Assembly (NCBI GenBank): GCA_004764695.1
Contig: SMSO01000036.1
Coordinates: forward strand, 620,001 to 684,000
DNA: 64,000 nucleotides
Source: Schizochytrium sp. TIO01
Lineage: Eukaryota > Protista > Bigyra: Labyrinthulomycetes
Direction of reading: 5' to 3'
The notes below the pieces were generated by a model. It was not told the DNA's origin. It made no database searches and saw only the letters and a program-made list of their open reading frames with translations. Below are positions 57,773 to 64,000 of the stretch, piece by piece; within the stretch, counting starts at the first letter, position 1, and each line of letters begins with the position of its first letter. A program made the position numbers and the translations under genes.

Positions 57773-60284
57773 CCAATTTGTCAGTCAACAAACAGGTCAA
57801 CTGCTCCTTGCCAACTCGGGCTTCTGCTCGCGGTCACTCCGCCCGAGCGCCGTGCCTCTGATTGACCGAGTGATTGATGTTTGTTATGCACAGAGAGGAG
57901 GAGTGCACGTGTATAATCAAAATATGTGAAGCCACTTCCTAAGCGCTACGTACTGATAACACTAGCTCACCTGCAGCACGTGCACGTCGGTGCGCGAGTG
58001 CGCTGTGCAGGACGATCAATGCCGCTGGAGCTCTACCTGATGGTGCGAAGGGGGAGGCGAGGGGAGCCTGCGTGGCAGTCCTTGCCTTCAATTTCCTTCG
58101 CGTTGACCTCTTTGCGTGGGTGAGCAAGCGAGCAAGCTAGCTCCGCGCCTCGATTGGTTTTTCCAGAGACCTGGCTTTGTCTGTCTTTATTTCTTTCTGT
58201 CATCGTGACTTACTTACTTATTTATTTAATTTCTAAATTAATAAATGATTCATAAAAAAAGGTTTTACTTTAGAATACGCTCATCGTTGCTATCTTCCCT
58301 AATTGAAAAAAATAAAATGTTTCTTCCCTTAAACACTACCTAGGAAATACTTTGATTATATGTCAATACGAGGCCTGTGTATTCTGCTCTCTACTTCCCT
58401 GCTCTTCTGTGTGTAGAGAAGTTGTTCAATTTGGGAAGTGTAATGACGCCCTTCAGAATTAGGATCAGACAAACAACCTGACGGAAACAATACACCAACA
58501 ACTTGTAACAGCGAAGACCCTCTCCCACTTTGGCAATGTCTCATGTCATGGAAGCAAGAGTAGGCTGCCTTTCCCAGTAAGCAATCAATCACTCAATTAA
58601 CTCCAAATAGAAATCAATATTCATGTATGTTGATAGTGGATCACATCACCACCATTAACAATTCATCGATAAGTCAACTTTTTCTGTGTTGATCAATTCT
58701 TCACCAATCAACAAGGACCGGAAAATGAATAATCGAAGGGGACCTCCCTCCATCAAACAAGAGCTTACCTTTCTTCTGCAAGTGTAATGAGCGCAGCCAG
58801 GTGTCTCTCACTTGATGCGATAATTGCAAGCACCCAGGGATGGCAGCCTGGCTGAGGATGAATCACGATAACTTAGTCATTCAAGTTATTCACGTGCTTA
58901 TCCATCTTCTTTCACTCTCTGATTGACTTTTTAAATTTAAAAGTATAAAATAAAATAAAGTTTACCAGCAACAACAATCCTATGCCTGTCTATTATTGCC
59001 AATAGTCAAAACCTTGACTATTTATATATTCATTTCTTTATTTTTTAATAACATTATTTATAAATAGGATAAGGTGCGTGAAAGTGAGAATTTTCCAGTT
59101 GTTTCTTCCTCCTCCAAATCGCATATTAACCTTGTATCAATTAGTCCTGTGCAAAAACAAAATTAATCGCACCTTCGCGCCGCGCTTGACGAAGCTTGAA
59201 GTTCAATAAAAAATGTGAGCGAAAATAGTGTCGCGTTCGCTGTTCATCCTACTGCTGCTTCGAGCTTCGGTTGCTTACTTAGGTAGACCTCTGGGGGAGG
59301 TTGAACTTGAGGTCGTATACTCAGATCGGGCCGCATAGGCGCACGCTCATGCTTGAGTGCGTGTGTGTGTGTGTGCAGGGAGAGTACTCCTAGTACTACC
59401 TTGTTGACCCAAGTTACGATTATTGATTCTTCTTCTCTTTTTTCATACCTTTATTTTATATAATTTCTTTTTATCTCTTCAACATGCTTGGTAAGAATAA
59501 ATTCTCAAGAGCGAAGATGCGACGATGATGCAGTGTAGTACTTACATCGGACAATTCATGAAAAAAACTTCAGGCATTGCGAAAGCCAGCTCTTGCTCTG
59601 CCACCTGGCTTTGAGAGCCTGACAATAATCTGTTGTAGAACACAGGACACCGCTCTTTCAAGCTCAACCTAGTGCAATTTATACTACAGCTTGTGAGAAA
59701 TTCTTCGTAGGGTAACTAGGCGAATTAAAGTAACTTCTTGAATCTTACCTTCGCGATTTCGATTAAATATGCGTCTTTCATGTCACGCATCTGAATTTGC
59801 TTCTTTGCTTGATATTGCCCACAAGAAACCCACTCTAGATCACAACATAAAATCTAAATCATAATACAAAATATAGGAATCATCCTTAGCGTTAATGTAA
59901 ATTTGCAGGCTTTAAGGAAATGCGACAATGTCAGCACTCCCGCCAGCTTAGGTATACCTCTGATTTAGACATTCTAAAAAGCAACCGCAGCTTTAGTTTC
60001 TTATCTTCTTGCCGTCGCGTTCTAATCAAACTCAACGAGGATCGTGAGCATCACCTTGATAACAAACATGCATAGGTAGCTCTAATAGTTCGACCATCTT
60101 TTAGGTTCGCAACAATTCGAGTGAATGAGAACCCATCCCTTGCATAGCAATCCAAATCTTTCTTTTTCTTTTTCTTTGTCTTTTTCTTTTTTTGTAAAAT
60201 AATGCTTTAGCATTGATTAGAGTGGCGCACGTCATGCCAATCCATGCCAGTCGCCAAGCTGATACCAGAGAATCATCACTGCAT

Positions 60285-60440
60285 TGCAATTTTTGCAAAA
60301 ACCCGGACCACGTGGCAACCAACGGCAATGTCAGCCATATTGTAGAGCCGGGTCCCGGCCTCGGCCCCTTCACGCGTGGTGCACCTGTCCTAAAACCTTG
60401 TAGTCGCTGTGGGCTTCTTTCTAAAGCACTTGCAGACTCT
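60285..60440 (+). mobile_element. Possible decayed gag/ORF1 fragment with two degenerate CCHC zinc knuckles
   Basis: CNFCKNPDHVATNG (the last codon GGC is one change from TGC) and CSRCGLLSKALADS (the last codon TCT is one change from TGT) lie in one frame. Confidence 0.3.
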
Positions 60441-63400
60441 CACTTCTAAGTTATTAGCTAATGTTATAATGGAAAGGCTCCTGTGCAAAATCTGTTTCCA
60501 CCTCTACTCCAATTGAATGGGTAACAACTTATGAAACAACTTCTACTATTACCTACCTTTGTAAAAGCCTCCGAAACACTCTAGTATTTGCCACCTCCTC
60601 CCATGTATTGGCTTCTGAAATATTTAAATCCAGGTAGGTACCTGACCATCATGATTTTATACATTTCGCGCGTGCCAATTTCGATTCCTGGTTCAATTCC
60701 TTTGATTTTTCAAGACTAGCTACCTTCGTGAATAAGAAAAGAGCAGATTTTTCTGCTGCATGGGTTTTCATCACTCAACCTAATTTTAGGTGAGTCAATG
60801 TTGGTTTAATGCCTACTTAGCCAAGGCTTTGAAGGGTTTTCCGATGGACTTCAAGTTCCCGAGGACGCGGGACCGCGCCGCGTGCACCTGATGAGTAGTA
60901 TAGCCTACGCCCAAGACTCCAGTGTGTCTCTTCACTACTGTCAACTTTCATACGAACTTGTCGTCTCATCAATATTAGCTCGTATTTAACGGTGCTCGGT
61001 TAATTCATGTGTCGAGCCCCTTCCGCGCTGTAATCACATTGATTCTTTGTCTCCTCCTTTCTCACTGTGTTTTTATTCCCTCTGTACACACTGGGCCGCA
61101 TTGTGAGTGTAAACCTATAAAAAAAAAGATGAGAATTTGCCCAGTGGGGAGGAGCGGAAGTGGGGCCCACAGCTGTAAGGGTAGACTTGGAGTGTGTTGT
61201 AGGACTCCGAAAGAAGAGACTTTTTTGATATTGTACTTTTAATCATCATAGCCCAGGCACTAGCTACGATAGGCGCGAATTTGGGTGATCATGTTCTTGA
61301 TAATCAATGCCCACCAGCTCTACGATTTACCCCCATAAGCGCTCACCGCTAGGATAAATTGTATTTAGTATTGTTAGAAAGTGAACGAAATTGCTCACAG
61401 TATCCTTCAAAGTGTCCACTTTGTGCATGGCACGTATAAACTGAGAGATTAATATTGTAAAACTTGGTTGATACGGTGTTTGATGATGATGCACTGTCTT
61501 CATATGCGATATAATTTGTGCAGCCATTGTGCATTAGAAATCGGTTATTTTACTATTGTTCAGACATAGGTGGGACGTCTGAGTCACTAGTTTTACTTGG
61601 TCTTCTCCAAAGAAAAGGGAAAGCACAGTACGCTGATATGATTGTAGTGCTTGAGAAGCTAGCCGCCTTAAACATAGGAGTTTCAGTTTTCGGATGAGGA
61701 GTGTCGTTTTCATTCGTGTCCCGTGCTATGTGTTCAAGTTGTGGAGATCAAACCAAAAACCAATCCCGCAAGTACCTTGAAGGTTACAGCAAATAAAAGA
61801 ACGGATCTCAAATTGTGGTCAAAGTCTAGTCGTTGTTGCGTTTGTTCCGAACATAACAACTTAAGATTGAAAGAACATCGGTACTGACACTGCGGAAACA
61901 AAATCCCGTGTGTAAACAAAGGCGTAGAGTGGCTTTGAAAGTGTTTTCTGCCTAGTTTAGTTAAACGATATGTTTAACAACAAACCTAATTGAGCGCTGC
62001 GCGATCTGCTAGCGGACTAATGGCTCAACTCGGCAGCTGGCCAACCAATGCAATTGCCTAGGTACCTAGTCCTGTTTAAGCTGCTTCAAAATCCATTTAA
62101 ATGCATCCTTCCAAGGAGTACTAATACTACTACTGATAGAAGCGTTTAAAAAATTGAAATAACTTATCGGGACAAAAACAAAACAAAAAGGCTCCTGGAT
62201 TTGAAGGCATTAGTATGCATAGTCAATATTCATTGACATAAACAACTTGGTGAAGGGACTTTCTCTTCTCCATCATTTTTACCCTATTTCCGGTCGATTA
62301 AAAAATATTACAAGTTTCGAGTAAGCTTTTTTTGAATATCAAAAGGGATTATTAGACTTAGCAGTTATTTTAGAATAACCCCTATTGCTGATACTCAATA
62401 CTACCTAGGTAGGTAACAATCTTACCCTTCTTCTAATGATTCTGGTAGAATTACTTAAATGAGTAAAATGAATCCATGAAGCTGCAAGTTCAAGTCGAGT
62501 CGAGAATACGACAGTGTGCACCAATTCTCAAGTTTAAAGCTGCTGCAATTAGAAGGGACGGTACCTATACCTATACCTATAAGGCACGACTGCAATTGCG
62601 AGCATTCAGTCATTTCTTTTGTTCCAGCTTTTAAACTTATGTTGCTTTGTGCAATAAAATACTAGTGGTGTCTTCTGATAGCGTAGGTAGATAGTTGTTC
62701 TCTAACTTCTCAAGGATTAACATGGGGTATTCAATACCAACCTCGTCATGACTTAGCAAATGCCACTGATCGGAAGTTAGTCAGATAGGTGCTGTTGCAA
62801 ACCAGCAACGGGCTAGCATACCAACCAACCAGTGAATGACAGTCATGTCGCAATCCAAAGGTTCTTCTTTCAGCGTTGCGATGCCTTTCGTGTTCTCTAT
62901 GAAAGCAAGAGTGCCCTCTTTCACTAATTTCTGAGCACCCAGTAGGGATGCAGTAGAAACATCCAACTCCTAGGAGGGACGCGCGCGGGAAGTTCATTCA
63001 GCATGGCTTGACCTCAGCAAGGAAACTTGAGGGGTCAAGGTTCTTTTTTTAATGCAATCTTTCTATGCTCTGAATGCAACCCACGTCCGTCACGGTTGTG
63101 GTTTGTTCATTTAGTAGCTAGTAGAACTATGATGGGTAAGTTCGGTGTTTGAGCTGCGCACACCGAAGGAATAAAACCACAATGATATTCTAAGTAGTAC
63201 CTAGTAGCTACCCTACCTACATTCCTACCTGCAAATGCACCATTACCTGCTACAGAGTTGAACAGTGATGCTTCTAGTTGATATTTTATACACTACGAGC
63301 ACTTTTACAGACTGAAATTACTAATACGAGTTAGTCATAAGATTTATGACTTCAGAGTATGAAGATCGAGGATTACAAGTAGATCTTTAAGGTTCTCTTC

Positions 63401-64000
63401 CTCTGGCATCTATTGTAAGAGCGAACTCTCCTTGTGATCGTTTTAGTCCGATGAATAAGTGAATTTTGTATAATAATCTTGCAATAATATAATAGTTTGC
63501 TTCAGTATTCTCTATGAAAACTCTTTTTGGTAACCTACAAGTACATACAGCAAGCAAAATTCACTCCTGAAGTTTAGGCTTGTAAAATGACTAATATATT
63601 CAGAAGTTAAAGAGCATTTTGCTCATGGTCTTCACAAAAACACAGGTAAGAATCTATATTTAATATTGATGTCCTTGTGTAACCCAGATTGCGTATTATA
63701 TGAACCGCGAGCAGGGGTCTGTATAATTTAAAAGCGAGCAAACGTAGTATTCCACTTCGACTTATAAAAAGGCGTTCATGTTGCGATTTCACAAAAGTAT
63801 ATATTGGCTGAGACACCAGAGACCGTTTGTTATCATTGGGTTACTTCCTAAGCAACCCCATTTTTGTTTTAACTCCCATCAAATCAAATGTATTTTCAAA
63901 GGTATTAACATATAGATTATACTAAGGTTCGGCTACAATTTTAACATTAACTCTTCTTTGATACAAGAGAATTTCTGCAGCATTGTACAGTACAGATTAA

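Noticed and set aside
60686-60702. GGTTCAATTCC resembling a tRNA T-loop/B-box
   Set aside because: No T-stem pairing, acceptor stem or D-arm around it. I saw no tRNA or rRNA in the window.
62746-62997. Two overlapping short minus-strand ORFs
   Set aside because: No recognisable domain or convincing splice context.

Overview
Eukaryotic genomic DNA with GT-AG introns, abundant microsatellites and the standard code. The gene repertoire and style suggest a stramenopile protist such as a thraustochytrid, but that is inference. The ORF track uses TTG/GTG starts and ignores introns, so I corrected starts to ATG and built spliced models by hand. From left to right the window holds: the end of an acidic low-complexity CDS; a PhyH-family dioxygenase; a YY1/Pho-like C2H2 zinc-finger gene; about 25.7 kb with no convincing CDS (6.1-31.9 kb); 5-exon VPS29; decayed coding/retroelement relics; RPS25; an HSL-family alpha/beta hydrolase; a lipoate-protein ligase; a triple-RGS protein; a multi-TM TKL kinase with a C-terminal cyclic-nucleotide-binding domain; a small basic protein head-to-head with RPC4; a 3xCNB PKG-architecture kinase; and 6.5 kb of noncoding DNA. 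Two candidate systems stand out. (1) The gene desert upstream of the YY1-like factor contains several YY1-consensus sites, two of them next to CCAAT boxes, which suggests autoregulation. (2) A 15-kb cyclic-nucleotide/G-protein signalling neighbourhood in which the receptor-like kinase has a cGMP-type cassette and the 'PKG' has cAMP-type cassettes. All of this was read by eye; no searches were run.
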